Below, one piece after another: positions 39,348-50,623 of a stretch of DNA of 64,000 nucleotides. A program made the position numbers and the translations under genes. Each line of letters starts with the position of its first letter. Within the stretch, counting starts at the first letter, position 1. The stretch covers positions 128,001-192,000 of IMG/VR virus record IMGVR_UViG_3300014208_000023, one strand, 5' to 3'. The DNA is from a virus. Lineage: Duplodnaviria; Caudoviricetes. The notes below the pieces were generated by a model, which had not been told where the DNA came from, did no database searches, and worked only from the letters and a program-made list of their open reading frames with translations.

Positions 39348-39974
39348 TTATACGTTTGTAAAGAAATCGTGAATAAGATCTGGGGCATCCATAGTTCCAC
39401 GGGTTCTTCCAACGTCAGCGGCCTGTTCAACCGAGTTAAGCTGCATAATTGCTCCGCCACGCTCTCCACCAGTTGCTGCTGGTTGATTGCCTTTGATTGA
39501 GCTTTGAATAGCTTCTGCAACCCATTCCATTGAATCGAAAATTAGCCAGTTATCAACCTGGTAGTCGTATGAAATATTGCTAATCCATACATTTTTAATC
39601 TTCGTTACGATTGGGCTATTAACATCTCCGCCCCAGAAATCGTAAATTTCAATATCAAATGGAATTCTTTGTGAATGAACGTGAAGGAAGTCTCTTCCGA
39701 AAGCTTCGCTTGCACGAAGCCGATCGAAACGAACACGTCGGCAAGTGCCAGAAATATCAGTGGATTTCGTAGGCGCCGAGTCGATATGACCATCGGTTCC
39801 AACTTCATCCACCATAGTAATGGTGCGTTGCTCTCTGACAGATAGGGTTTGAATGGCTCCTACTGGAGTATTTCCAACCTTGATAAGAACTTGAGTTGAA
39901 AGTCCAACTCCGGTTCTATTTCTGCCACCAGGGCCATAAATATTACTTCCAGTTTGAGGATAAGGTCCAGCCAT
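39348..39974 (-). CDS. Tail tube protein
   Basis: Follows the sheath; QVLIKVGNTPVGAIQTLSVREQR...FDIEIYD...KIKNVWISNISYDY; GGAG RBS. Confidence 0.85.
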   Translation of the reverse strand: MAGPYPQTGSNIYGPGGRNRTGVGLSTQVLIKVGNTPVGAIQTLSVREQRTITMVDEVGTDGHIDSAPTKSTDISGTCRRVRFDRLRASEAFGRDFLHVHSQRIPFDIEIYDFWGGDVNSPIVTKIKNVWISNISYDYQVDNWLIFDSMEWVAEAIQSSIKGNQPAATGGERGGAIMQLNSVEQAADVGRTRGTMDAPDLIHDFFTNV

Positions 39975-40022
39975 TTAAAGTTCTCCAGTATTATACATTT
40001 TTATGCGAATTATTCATTCTGA

Positions 40023-42824
40023 TTAGTTTAGAAGGCCTACAGAAACCGATACGTATATGAAGTTGATAGAATAGACTGGCTGAACTCTAGCAGTTACATT
40101 ATACTGTGTTGGCACTACGGCATCTCGTTTAACCGTTAGATCCTTATAGTCAGTTATCAACTTCTGGGAAATAAATCCTTGAAGCAGACCGTCTGCCCTG
40201 GTAGCTATGGTTGGAATAGTATCGAGCTCTTCTGGATTACCAATGAATCCATCAAGTCCGGTTCTAAAGTTCTTGGCAATTCTGTCGCGAATGAAGACGA
40301 TTGATATCTCTTCTTCCTCAACGAAACCGCTCTGGCTTGTCGTAATTCCCCAAACACAGCGGCCTCCTCCTGCCACTGGCTGAAGTGCGCAGACTCCGGC
40401 CGTAGCAAGCTGACGTAGCGTACGATTGCTGAATTGACGGTTACGAAGAATCGTGAATCCAGTTAGAATCTTACGAGTAAGTGGAACCGCGATATTGATT
40501 GAGCCGCTGAAATATCCGGCAGCTGCTGCCGCGACATAGAAGCCGTCAATGATTTGATTGTCTGTTCCTACCTGAACAACGATCTGGTCAGGGAAGAAAT
40601 AAACACATCTGAATGTGTTACCAAATGCATCGGCTACCGAGTAGTTAGTTAGGTCTTCAGTATTTCCAGCGAGGATTTCTGCCGCACTATCTCCCTGTAG
40701 TCCTTCTAGGATGCCGATATCTTCTACGGCCGCAGATGATGCGCCGGTTAAGTTATCTGGCGTTAGACCATTGATTGCTCCGCATAGTAAAATTCGCTCT
40801 TTCTTATTGAGAGAATTACTCATCGTCTTACAGTGAGCAAGTGTGTTCTGGAATATCGCAGAAATCGTTTGTGTTGGAAGTGGAACAACCATATCTACTT
40901 CTTGAGTTTCAAGAGAAGCAATGGCATTTGTCCATCCGGCGTCGAAGAATGACTCATCTCTACGATCGACAACCGTTACTCGAAGAGCGTGATTGTTTGT
41001 AACGACGTTATGATTTACAACAACATAGCTGCTTGTTGCGGTTGGATCAATTACCTCGAACTGAAGTGAATGCTCACTAGTGAAGCACTTGGCCATTGTA
41101 ATGGTGTCGGTTCCTGAATTGTATCCGGTAATATCAAAGATTCCGATATTTGCTGGATTAGTTGAGGCGGTAATTTCAAGGTCAAATCCGCTAGTGAATG
41201 GCGTTAGTGACGTAAAATCAACGGCAGCGCTTGTTAGTGTCGCGCTCGTTCCCGATCCAGTTATAACTCCATCGGTTCCAGTAGATCCTGGAACTATGGC
41301 TCCACTTACTGAATTTATTAGTCTAAAACTAACTGAGCTTTCATTAATAAATGCAGCGAATGGCGTGGTTGATAGAGTGGTGCTTAACACTTGTGCCGTT
41401 GCATCTTCTACAATTTCTAGGGCGCCTCTTCTAACATTTAGAATTCTGAACGTTCCATTATTGGCAGCATTAAGAGCATCTACTATTTTTAGCGCTTTTC
41501 CAACATAGCTAGAATCGAACGTCTTTACTGACGTGCTAAATGTTGCATTGATTTGCGTAGTTAGATCTCTATCTAGATAACCATCAGTGCCAAAATTAAC
41601 GGTCTCATCTTGATTAATTACTGAATATGAGAATGAATTTCCGGCTGGAACACTTGAATTATCAAATACAAATGTATTTACTGAAGGTTGTCCTGATGTT
41701 CCTAGCGTAAAGAAAGCAAATTTGTTAGGTAGAAGTTGAGTCTCTACTCCAGTCGTTGGGTGAGTTACGAAGAAATGAATCGTCGTATCGGTTCCAGGTT
41801 GGACGCCTGGAGGAAGTGGTAATACGAAATCTTCTAAAGTGGTAGATAGCGCATCAACAGACGCAGAAAGTTCATATGAAGTTCTGCGCGGTATTGATGG
41901 GGCTGCTTGAACAGTCATTATACCAGGCGTAATGTTTGCAAAAGCTATTTGTGCGCCTAGAGAAAGTGTGTTATCTAGGCTTGCCGCTCCATGCTTCGTA
42001 TTAATTTGCTGAGTATTATCGAAAAATACCGGATCATTAAGATCGGTCGTAGCTATGTAGGTGGCCGTAAGGCTGTCATTTTTCTTTAGAGATCCGCCTA
42101 ATACCTTAACAGTAAATAGATCTCCTTCTCGCAAAGCAGTTGTGTTATCAAAAATACTGAAAGTTAGTATTGTGTTAGTGGCTGAGGTTCCATTAGAAAC
42201 CCAAACAACCGGATTACCGTTTGCATCAAGAATATTTCCGGATACTGAACCAAATGCTACGAAACGAGCTGTTCCAGAAACTGGTTGGTTGCTAACGTTA
42301 CGCTGAACTGAAATACACTTGATTGTCCAAGTTTCAGTTGGAGCATTAACATCAGATAGTGTCAAATTAGCTATATAGCCATCACCAACGTTAGAAGACC
42401 CAGATAGGAAAAAAGCTCCTCCTTGATCTACCAAAGCGCCTCTTTGTAGCTCAATTCTTCCGGTCGCTATATCTAGGCGATAATCATATATTGAACTAAA
42501 AGCTAGACTATCTATGGTTGCCTCAAGACCAACTAATGGCAATCCGTTTTTGAATAAGCTAGTGCGATTAGAAACTACAGGGGCATTTTGTAGAAGAAAA
42601 TGCCTGCCGTCGCTGCTAGTACTCGAAGTATAACTAGAATTAAGTCCGTCATTTCCTTCACCTAAGGCTTGTGAAACAAGCGTCTCGCTTCGGCTTCCTA
42701 GGCCGATAAGAGCAGCTACGCGAATCCCTCCAGGAACCGAGGCTCCGGCTGATTGCGTGGTTATATTTGTGACTACAGAAGGGAGAATTTCTCCGCCACC
42801 TGGAATGTTTGCGCTGCCAGCCAT
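40023..42824 (-). CDS. Contractile tail sheath protein with large inserted domains
   Basis: N-terminal PSVVTNIT...VAALIG and C-terminal sheath fold (LATAGVCALQPVAGGGRCVWGITT...EISIVFIRDRIAK...YNVTARVQPVYSINFIYVSVSV); 933 aa. Confidence 0.9.
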   Translation of the reverse strand: MAGSANIPGGGEILPSVVTNITTQSAGASVPGGIRVAALIGLGSRSETLVSQALGEGNDGLNSSYTSSTSSDGRHFLLQNAPVVSNRTSLFKNGLPLVGLEATIDSLAFSSIYDYRLDIATGRIELQRGALVDQGGAFFLSGSSNVGDGYIANLTLSDVNAPTETWTIKCISVQRNVSNQPVSGTARFVAFGSVSGNILDANGNPVVWVSNGTSATNTILTFSIFDNTTALREGDLFTVKVLGGSLKKNDSLTATYIATTDLNDPVFFDNTQQINTKHGAASLDNTLSLGAQIAFANITPGIMTVQAAPSIPRRTSYELSASVDALSTTLEDFVLPLPPGVQPGTDTTIHFFVTHPTTGVETQLLPNKFAFFTLGTSGQPSVNTFVFDNSSVPAGNSFSYSVINQDETVNFGTDGYLDRDLTTQINATFSTSVKTFDSSYVGKALKIVDALNAANNGTFRILNVRRGALEIVEDATAQVLSTTLSTTPFAAFINESSVSFRLINSVSGAIVPGSTGTDGVITGSGTSATLTSAAVDFTSLTPFTSGFDLEITASTNPANIGIFDITGYNSGTDTITMAKCFTSEHSLQFEVIDPTATSSYVVVNHNVVTNNHALRVTVVDRRDESFFDAGWTNAIASLETQEVDMVVPLPTQTISAIFQNTLAHCKTMSNSLNKKERILLCGAINGLTPDNLTGASSAAVEDIGILEGLQGDSAAEILAGNTEDLTNYSVADAFGNTFRCVYFFPDQIVVQVGTDNQIIDGFYVAAAAAGYFSGSINIAVPLTRKILTGFTILRNRQFSNRTLRQLATAGVCALQPVAGGGRCVWGITTSQSGFVEEEEISIVFIRDRIAKNFRTGLDGFIGNPEELDTIPTIATRADGLLQGFISQKLITDYKDLTVKRDAVVPTQYNVTARVQPVYSINFIYVSVSVGLLN

Positions 42825-42899
42825 TAGTAGCTCCCACCATTGATTGTTCTTGAAGTATGATACATATTCACCATCAGAATTATATTAGTTTATTGCTAT

Positions 42900-43694
42900 T
42901 TACAGATTGTTGATTACATCCGTAAGCGTTTGTTGTATGTTTATAGTCAAATTTGGAGAAACTGGAGAGCTATTATCAACCCTGCCAAATTCTATACTTG
43001 TATTGATTGAATCGATAATATTTCTTATTGGAATATGCCTGCGCCATTCTGATCTATATTGTAAAGTAACCATTTGCTTGAAAAGGGTATCAGTGCGGTC
43101 AATTGCCTCATTTGGCGCACCAGCACTAACTCCACCAGGTTTAATGCCTACGCCATTTTTTTCCATATCATCACAAGCTATCTGCGTAAATAATAGTGAA
43201 ACAAGCTCTACTAAATCGTCCCTAGTTCTGGGGTCTCGGGCAATAACTTCAATAGTTATAGTGCCTTCCCAGCTTCCTGCGAATATAAAGTGAGATGGTG
43301 TAGGTATTGTTGCAATATTTCCATAACCGTCTTCAAAAACAAGATTATCCCACTGAACATTGGCTCTTTCTCTGTTGAAAGAGATTGGAACAGAATTAGC
43401 TCCTCCGTGCCTTATAATTAATGCCGGGTAATATACGACATCATATCTATGTGACGAGTTAATATATAGACGCGTAGTTAAATTATCTTTGTATCCAGCC
43501 GTTTGTGGTAAATTTGTATGATCAGGAGTCTGTGGAAATCCAAAATGATCCGTAGCAAAATGATACATAGAGTCTCTTGCAAAAAAATCTCGTAATTGCT
43601 GAATAACTAATTCCTTTGGCCATAGGATCATAGATCCTTGGACTATATTATATAGTCCATAAAGATCGCTATGGAAAGTATTATTAGTTGTCAT
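42900..43694 (-). CDS. Tail terminator/sheath stabiliser-like protein
   Basis: Directly upstream of the sheath; YPALIIRHG...GSWEGTITIEVIARDPRTRDDLVELVSLLF. Confidence 0.6.
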   Translation of the reverse strand: MTTNNTFHSDLYGLYNIVQGSMILWPKELVIQQLRDFFARDSMYHFATDHFGFPQTPDHTNLPQTAGYKDNLTTRLYINSSHRYDVVYYPALIIRHGGANSVPISFNRERANVQWDNLVFEDGYGNIATIPTPSHFIFAGSWEGTITIEVIARDPRTRDDLVELVSLLFTQIACDDMEKNGVGIKPGGVSAGAPNEAIDRTDTLFKQMVTLQYRSEWRRHIPIRNIIDSINTSIEFGRVDNSSPVSPNLTINIQQTLTDVINNL

Positions 43695-43695
43695 T

Positions 43696-46600
43696 TTATA
43701 TTCTAGAGCCGATAGTAAATTCTTGAGTTGGAGTTATTGAGCTAAAGCTCCAAGAAACCCCAGAACCAGTTACGACTGCGGCTATTTTATATAGAAGAAT
43801 AACATCATTAAAATTACTTACAGAATCAGTTAATGGAATTGCTTGCAAATTAGCAAGAGTAGCCGATCTTACCGCATATTGAATTGGAGACGCGATTGTT
43901 GGATTTATTACGTAGAATATTTTATTCGTTAATCCAGTAGAATCTGCTATTAATTCTATTTGCCCTCTAGTATTAGCGCATAGTAACCAATTAATTGTAT
44001 TAGTTGGTGGAGATGGAGTAATGTTATCTCGAAGAATAGGTATAGTTGTGACTGAATTGTTTATTTGGACAATTTTACCATCTATAAGTGCAGTTCCGCC
44101 AGTTAGTAAAACATTACTTCCAGATATAGTTACTGCAAATCCATTGAGAACTCTATTATGCATCATAACTCTAGATATTGAAGTAATAAAGTTAAGTGCA
44201 GATTTAGTCAAATGCTCTTCGCTTATATTTCCAAACTCTCTCTTATCTTGGAGATGAGTCATAGATTTAGTCGTGTCATTCATCTGACAAGTAGAGAGCA
44301 GCATCTCTTCTTGATTTAAAGATAACGATTTGAATAGTTGAATATCTAAAGTTTCCGTTCCGCCAAACGTGCTAACTGTAGTATCTAAATCAATTATAAA
44401 ATCAATATAATCAATATTAGTTTCGTCATAAAACCTAATTACTTCGCCTTTTTTACCAGCAGTGGTGGGGCCAACTTTTGACCCAGAAACATTACCTAGA
44501 TAGCCAGAATATACTCCTGTATCGGTTGTATATGCCGTAATGGTTAGCCTGATTTCTTTATAATCACCAACTGTATATCCCCTAAGCTTCGGAGAAACAT
44601 TATACATATTTATATTGCCTATGTTACCGGCAATAAGAAAACGCGCGCGCTCGTGTGTGAATGTGTGCCCATTTTTATCAACATAGTTTTCAAAATATCT
44701 CTTGAATGGACCAAGAGATGTTGCGTCCGCCACATTTTGAGCATTGAATGAAACGCTATCGTTTGTAAAATATATATTTACCGGAATGCTCGTTGTTGTG
44801 GGGGCGGGACTAGATCCGGCACCATGCACTCCGTCATAAACGGTAATGTTAGCATATCCATCTTGAGAGCCGCAATTGAAATAAGCTATGTTCTTAATGG
44901 TAAAGCGGCCATAGTCTCTTAAGTTGAACGATGGGTTTGTAGTTGCGATAGCCGGCTGAACTACGATAGTTTTTCCGATAGCCAAAGATGAACTTGAAAC
45001 ATCTTCAGTTAGTTGATAAACAACCTCAACTCTATTGGAGAGTATTTTGGTAGCTGGGGCAGGAAGTATAGTTGCTTTAAAATAACCATCACCATTAACA
45101 TCTACCGTATTAGTTATAGCTAACGGATCCGAATAAAGCGTATCTCGTTCGGTTCCATCCACATAAAAGAAATTTCTCTTGAGTGGCGTGAACATTATCG
45201 TAGGGCTAATAAATGCTGCTACTGATGTTGAGTATGACGCGGCCGGAGGAGGGCTTGCCATATTGCTTCCAAGAACACCAAATCCAAGAGGGTCTATTGA
45301 ATTATATGAATCAACTACGTTTTGTGGGAAGGCCGCAATAGAAGATGTTGTATATGCGCCAGTAGTATCTACGGTTCCGCTAATTATGCTAAACCCACTA
45401 TTGTTATAGTGATCGGCCATTGCTATACCGAACTGCCCTTCATGTTCAAACGCTAAAAATCTATAGTTGAAACCACTAGCTCTGAATGCAGCATTAGTAG
45501 AATTCACTATACCTGATAGCGTATATTTTCCAGGAGTAATTCCCTTATTGCCAGTCACATCAACTGCTGGCAATGTAAATATTGAAGAGACATCTCCATT
45601 TTGGAATAAGCATAAATAGAGCTTGTAATGTGATGCCGATAACTGTGATGGGTTAAAGTTTATACTCAAAGTCATGGCTCCACGAGGACTTGCAACCATT
45701 AAGGTTTCATATTCTCCAAAACTATTAGGAACTCTAATGTTGGCAAGAGCATGTTGCTTATCTCTATTGAATAGAGACCTATTTATTTGTGCGTAACCAG
45801 ACGAAGATCCAGTTTTATTTCTTCCATTTATTCTTACGGCATATGTTCTAGTTGTAACATTAACTATTGCTTTAACTGACTCAATAGTAAATTGATAAGC
45901 TATACCGGTACCATAGTTAATTGTTAGTAAGTCACCGGGCTTAACCAATGCAAAGTGAGCGTCAAAAATATAGCCATCAGAATCCGCCACTGTTGGATTA
46001 AAAAGAATAACGTCATCGCCATTATCAATATCATCAACTGGATTTGATGATGTTGGTCCTGGAGGGTTATTTAACCAATATGCAGTTACCGGCGTTGGTG
46101 GAACTAATAGCGTTCCGTATCCATCAATTAATAGTGGGGTAGATCTGGAATGTCTTGAGATACCATCACCAAAAAGATTTTGAGTTCTACCGCCAAGCAG
46201 TAGAAGGCTTGAACTATCGATGTAATTAACTATTTTTTGTACATCAGTATTTGATTGTGGAATGCTACTAAAATTAGCGGTATTAACATGAACGCCAGAA
46301 GCATTGTGTGCAAAATTAGTTGGAGGAACGGTTCCGCCAGTTAATGATGTAACACCAGAAGACCCATCAGATTTTTCATGAACAACAAGATCGTTGCTGA
46401 TGTCTTCAGCAATTGTTTTGAGATTAGTTGTATTTCTGCTTACTACAGAAGTTCCTATAGAAGTAGTTCCAGTTGCTGGGCTAGTCTTAACTAATGAAAC
46501 CCCGGCTCCGACATCAATATGAGATAAAATGTGACGATCATCAGTACCATCTAAATGTGGCTGAAGCTTTATTCCAGTTAAAGAAAGGAAACCTCCTAAT

Positions 46601-46962
46601 ACATCAACAGCATTACTTAAGTTTAAATATAGTGTATGTAATGATCCGGTAGAATAAGTAAGTGCAAGCTTGCTCTCATCAATGGCCGCAGTAGGTGATA
46701 TTTCAGAGTTGGTTATTGGTAAAGCAATAAGTCCTATTCCCAATAACGCAGATGGCTTTATTGTTCCGTCAGCATTCATGGAAATGGCTAAACGATCCGC
46801 AATAGATGCTAGCGATCCCTTGCCACCAATACCAACCTCCTCTTCTAATGAAAAGATGGCCGATCTAGTTGCATTTATGGCTATACCACCAATTTCAACT
46901 ACGTTGTCATCGACACGAGGTAAGGATGCGTCGTCATCTAAAGATGTGGGGAAGTTGGTCAT
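43696..46962 (-). CDS. Large virion fibre/collar-like structural protein
   Basis: 1088 aa; N-terminal TNFPTSLDD...INATRSAIFSLEEEVG attachment-type segment; beta-rich; four DGY motifs. Confidence 0.6.
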   Translation of the reverse strand: MTNFPTSLDDDASLPRVDDNVVEIGGIAINATRSAIFSLEEEVGIGGKGSLASIADRLAISMNADGTIKPSALLGIGLIALPITNSEISPTAAIDESKLALTYSTGSLHTLYLNLSNAVDVLGGFLSLTGIKLQPHLDGTDDRHILSHIDVGAGVSLVKTSPATGTTSIGTSVVSRNTTNLKTIAEDISNDLVVHEKSDGSSGVTSLTGGTVPPTNFAHNASGVHVNTANFSSIPQSNTDVQKIVNYIDSSSLLLLGGRTQNLFGDGISRHSRSTPLLIDGYGTLLVPPTPVTAYWLNNPPGPTSSNPVDDIDNGDDVILFNPTVADSDGYIFDAHFALVKPGDLLTINYGTGIAYQFTIESVKAIVNVTTRTYAVRINGRNKTGSSSGYAQINRSLFNRDKQHALANIRVPNSFGEYETLMVASPRGAMTLSINFNPSQLSASHYKLYLCLFQNGDVSSIFTLPAVDVTGNKGITPGKYTLSGIVNSTNAAFRASGFNYRFLAFEHEGQFGIAMADHYNNSGFSIISGTVDTTGAYTTSSIAAFPQNVVDSYNSIDPLGFGVLGSNMASPPPAASYSTSVAAFISPTIMFTPLKRNFFYVDGTERDTLYSDPLAITNTVDVNGDGYFKATILPAPATKILSNRVEVVYQLTEDVSSSSLAIGKTIVVQPAIATTNPSFNLRDYGRFTIKNIAYFNCGSQDGYANITVYDGVHGAGSSPAPTTTSIPVNIYFTNDSVSFNAQNVADATSLGPFKRYFENYVDKNGHTFTHERARFLIAGNIGNINMYNVSPKLRGYTVGDYKEIRLTITAYTTDTGVYSGYLGNVSGSKVGPTTAGKKGEVIRFYDETNIDYIDFIIDLDTTVSTFGGTETLDIQLFKSLSLNQEEMLLSTCQMNDTTKSMTHLQDKREFGNISEEHLTKSALNFITSISRVMMHNRVLNGFAVTISGSNVLLTGGTALIDGKIVQINNSVTTIPILRDNITPSPPTNTINWLLCANTRGQIELIADSTGLTNKIFYVINPTIASPIQYAVRSATLANLQAIPLTDSVSNFNDVILLYKIAAVVTGSGVSWSFSSITPTQEFTIGSRI

Positions 46963-47000
46963 TTCATAGAAAATGCTAGATTATTGGCCTATTGCCAAAA

Positions 47001-47348
47001 CTACTGACTTCTAATATTTTGAATGTCAGTAGCGGTAGCTCCAGCAGCATAAATACCAGCTATTACTGTAATGGCGGAGCAAAACTCCATACCACTTATT
47101 TTTGAGCTGAAAAGAGCTATTGTAGTAACGATAAGCACTAGAATAGAGAAAGTTCCTTTTTTAGAACCTAATAACCCTCTCATTCCTAATGTAAGATAAT
47201 AGCCAATACTATTCTTTTTTCGAATTAAGGGATTGTGCTGATCTGACGCAATAACGACAGAACGACTAGTAGTGCTTGTTGTTGGATCCGTTAATAGAGG
47301 CCCAGAGGTATTTTCTGTTACTACTGTAGTTGTTACTTGATTATCCAT
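47001..47348 (-). CDS. Small two-helix membrane protein (holin-like candidate)
   Basis: KKGTFSILVLIVTTIALFSS and FCSAITVIAGIYAAGATA hydrophobic segments. Confidence 0.5.
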   Translation of the reverse strand: MDNQVTTTVVTENTSGPLLTDPTTSTTSRSVVIASDQHNPLIRKKNSIGYYLTLGMRGLLGSKKGTFSILVLIVTTIALFSSKISGMEFCSAITVIAGIYAAGATATDIQNIRSQ

Positions 47349-47375
47349 GATAGTATTATTCCTTTTAATTACTTT

Positions 47376-48224
47376 TTATTCAATCCACGTAACAATTATT
47401 TTTCCAGATCCGCCGACGCCACCCGCGCCAGCAACACGAAGAGCACCTCCTAAATTTTGTTGCCCACCAGCGCTACCTCCACCACCTCCAGCCCCACTAT
47501 TTGCCGATGCAGACGAACCTACTGCTCCGTTACCAAATGCCCCACCAAGATTACCATCAGCACCGGCCGCGCCTGCACCGCCGACTCCAAATGGACCACC
47601 ACCGCCGCCACCGCCACCACCGCCGCCAAGATAGGTGGCGTCTGTTGCTCCTTGAATGCCACCAAGGCCACCAGCATATCCCTGTATTGATGGGTTGCCA
47701 TCTACTGATGCAAAAGCAGGCACCGCATTTAATCCTCCACCTCCTGCTCCAGGTGTAATTTCAGCAAGCTGACCGTAATTTACAACATCAATACGTCCTT
47801 GATGATATAATGTTGTTACTGCGGAGCTTAATGCAACCGGAGAGCCTCCAAATACAAATTTTGCAGTAGTTGCAGGCGTCGAAGACGAGCTACACCCTCC
47901 GCCGGCTCCTTTAAATGTTGCTAAAGACCCAAATGATGATGATACTCCGTCACCACCAGCAGTACTAGCAGCCCCACTAGTACCACCGCTTCCAATTGTT
48001 ATCGTGTAACTGGTTCCTGGTACTACCGTAAGCGACACGCTATTAAGCTGGGCTCCGGCGCCGCCACCACCACCTGAGCCACTTTGCGCAGCCGTAGTAC
48101 TTGATGGGGTTCCTCCCCCTCCGCCGCCGCCGCCGCCGCAACCAATAACAATTATTTCCGTAATACCATTGGGTACTATCCAAGAACCATTACTTAAGAA
48201 TGTTTTACTAACTAATTTACTCAT
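47376..48224 (-). CDS. Glycine-rich tail fibre-type protein
   Basis: TFLSNGSWIVPNGITEIIVIGCGGGGGGGGG...GAGGVGGSGKIIVTW, the usual phage glycine-rich domain pattern. Confidence 0.8.
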   Translation of the reverse strand: MSKLVSKTFLSNGSWIVPNGITEIIVIGCGGGGGGGGGTPSSTTAAQSGSGGGGGAGAQLNSVSLTVVPGTSYTITIGSGGTSGAASTAGGDGVSSSFGSLATFKGAGGGCSSSSTPATTAKFVFGGSPVALSSAVTTLYHQGRIDVVNYGQLAEITPGAGGGGLNAVPAFASVDGNPSIQGYAGGLGGIQGATDATYLGGGGGGGGGGGPFGVGGAGAAGADGNLGGAFGNGAVGSSASANSGAGGGGGSAGGQQNLGGALRVAGAGGVGGSGKIIVTWIE

Positions 48225-48250
48225 TTATTTCCATTTTAATATAATTTATA

Positions 48251-50596
48251 TTAAATCATATACCAATCTGTTCCATTTGCAATAAATTCCCAAGATCCAA
48301 AATTTGCCGAAAATGTTATTGCAGAATTCAAAGTCTCTAATTTATTACCAGTAATAACATTAAATATCAAATCATACATTAAGCTAGGGCTCCAAGTTGA
48401 AGCGGAATACGTAGCAAGATTACCAGCTGGACCGCTAGCCCCATTTATAACCTCAACATAATTAGTTATATCTCCACCAGAATATGATAAAACAACAACA
48501 TAATTAGTTGCATCAGTAAGTGAAATTTGATTTGCGCCAGAAAATGTAAAACTTGTTAAAGTTGGGCTTCCTGATAAAGAAGCTGATGATACAACATCAG
48601 ATGTTGCCAGCGCCGCCCCAGTTGGAACGCTTGAAGTTCCAAATACTCCTGAATGAGCATAAATTGATGCTGTCATGTTTCCAGTAGGAGAGCCAACTTT
48701 ATTGATTAAAAACTTACAGGATGTTAGTAATTTGCCTACATTAATAGCGGTAAAAGATTGCGATACCGCTTGGTTATGAGAAGCATCGCTTGATAAATTC
48801 AAAGCGGTACCAGTATCACTATAATTAATATCATTTCCTGGTGAAACTATTATATTATAGGTTCCAGCCAAACCATCCCTATCTTTAATAATTAAATTTC
48901 TTCCAAGTGTAGGTTCTGGCAATATAATAGTTGCATTTGCGGCTATGGTAGTCAAATCTACTAATATAATATAGTCAGCAATTCCACCAGCATCAATAGA
49001 GTATGGTGTTGAGCTAATTGTTTTGGTACGAAGATATAATGCTCCATCCAAACTAATTGAACCACCATTTGCTGGGGTAATTATATTTGCAGCATTAACA
49101 GTAATATTGGCGGTTGTTGCAGTTGTATTTGCGGTCACTGCGGTTATTGTTGATGTTGTTCCAGCATTTAATACTACATTATTTACGGCTCCCATAAATA
49201 ATCCATTAGTAGAATCTATATTTGTAGATCCACCACTAAATAAGAAAAGATCTAATAATCGAGATTCTACTAAAACCTCTCCAGATGATGATGCGGTAAA
49301 TCCTGTGCCAGATAAATTACCGTTACATATAAATGATGAATACTGATTAAAAGTAGCAGATATTCCAGCATCAATAATTACTGGATCTCCACCAATTAAT
49401 GCTCCAGCCTTACTAATTATAAAATTATTTGAAACAATATTTATATTAGAAATATCTCCAGCCGCCGGAGGTGCAGCAATTACAGCTTTAATATAACATA
49501 AAGTGGTTAATGCCGCATGATTTCCATAAAACTCATTATCGCTTATTAACGCATTATTATCATTCATATGAATAATACAGTTTTTCTCAACGGTGGCGCC
49601 ATCAGCATCTAAATATCCGTGAGATCTAATTTTACAATTAGATACTTCTAAATAATCATTTCTTCCACCGGTAGAATTAAATGATATTGGTTGCGAAAAT
49701 CCATCGATAAATGAATTGGTAATTTTAAGAAAAGTGCCGGTAGTAATTGTCGTTACTACATCTAGTTTAACTGCGAATCTTGTTGCTGAACTTACCACCT
49801 CAGCTACGTTAAGTGCTCTTCCAAGAATTTTAACACCATCAATTTCTAGATGAGACCCTTGCTCTTGCATTATTAATTGAGACTCGCCAGTTACATTTTG
49901 TGGCAATCCGTAAAAAACGTCACCGAGTAAAGTTGGCTCAATAAAGTTGTCACAAATAGTAACATTTACTATTTTACTGGCCCTGGCAAACATAAACTTA
50001 TTTTCAGTATCTACTGAATTGTCTATTTCTGTTCTTACTGTATCGGTTTTAATTTTAAATAATGGAATTGGAGTTGCAAGGCCATTTATTTGTGGTGGAG
50101 ATAGGGCCAGATTTAAACAAGTGGCATTTATAATTTTAGTTCCGAGGCCTTCACCATAAATAGTAATTCCTGGTGGAACATCAATCGTATTTACAATATA
50201 ATATGTTCCAGCAGGTATAAATATTACGCCGCCTCTAGTTAATCTCTCATATCCTGCAGGTATGCCGGTATTGGCCGCTAGTGCTGCAAATAAAGGATTT
50301 AAAAATGTATCTAGTGCTGGAATGATATTGCTAAAATAGAAATTGGGCGCTGGATTCGTATATGAGTTATATCCATCTGGAACAGCCATGAAAGCTATTC
50401 CGGCCCCAGCCATTGACGCTATGAATGTATTGATATTATCAATCGATCCCTGAACGTTAGTGGCACCTCCAACTCCTGGCGAGTTATGTATATCAACGGC
50501 ATTATGATTAAAATCATTGCCATTTACGTGTTTGCGGAAATCGAAAAGATCGGCAGCAATTCTTCCATTGCCAGGTGTGAAAGGTCCATTTACCAT
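48251..50596 (-). CDS. Fibre/spike protein with pectin-lyase-like beta-helix
   Basis: RGGVIFIPAGTYYIVNTIDVPPGITIYGEGLGTKI followed by beta-helix-like repeats and a beta-sandwich C-terminus. Confidence 0.7.
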   Translation of the reverse strand: MVNGPFTPGNGRIAADLFDFRKHVNGNDFNHNAVDIHNSPGVGGATNVQGSIDNINTFIASMAGAGIAFMAVPDGYNSYTNPAPNFYFSNIIPALDTFLNPLFAALAANTGIPAGYERLTRGGVIFIPAGTYYIVNTIDVPPGITIYGEGLGTKIINATCLNLALSPPQINGLATPIPLFKIKTDTVRTEIDNSVDTENKFMFARASKIVNVTICDNFIEPTLLGDVFYGLPQNVTGESQLIMQEQGSHLEIDGVKILGRALNVAEVVSSATRFAVKLDVVTTITTGTFLKITNSFIDGFSQPISFNSTGGRNDYLEVSNCKIRSHGYLDADGATVEKNCIIHMNDNNALISDNEFYGNHAALTTLCYIKAVIAAPPAAGDISNINIVSNNFIISKAGALIGGDPVIIDAGISATFNQYSSFICNGNLSGTGFTASSSGEVLVESRLLDLFLFSGGSTNIDSTNGLFMGAVNNVVLNAGTTSTITAVTANTTATTANITVNAANIITPANGGSISLDGALYLRTKTISSTPYSIDAGGIADYIILVDLTTIAANATIILPEPTLGRNLIIKDRDGLAGTYNIIVSPGNDINYSDTGTALNLSSDASHNQAVSQSFTAINVGKLLTSCKFLINKVGSPTGNMTASIYAHSGVFGTSSVPTGAALATSDVVSSASLSGSPTLTSFTFSGANQISLTDATNYVVVLSYSGGDITNYVEVINGASGPAGNLATYSASTWSPSLMYDLIFNVITGNKLETLNSAITFSANFGSWEFIANGTDWYMI

Positions 50597-50623
50597 TTGT
50601 AATTAGATGCCAAAATATTGAGG

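Noticed and set aside
47376-48224. Poly-Gly GCC/CCG runs as a repeat element or second foreign insert
   Set aside because: Explained by the amino-acid composition of an ordinary glycine-rich fibre domain.
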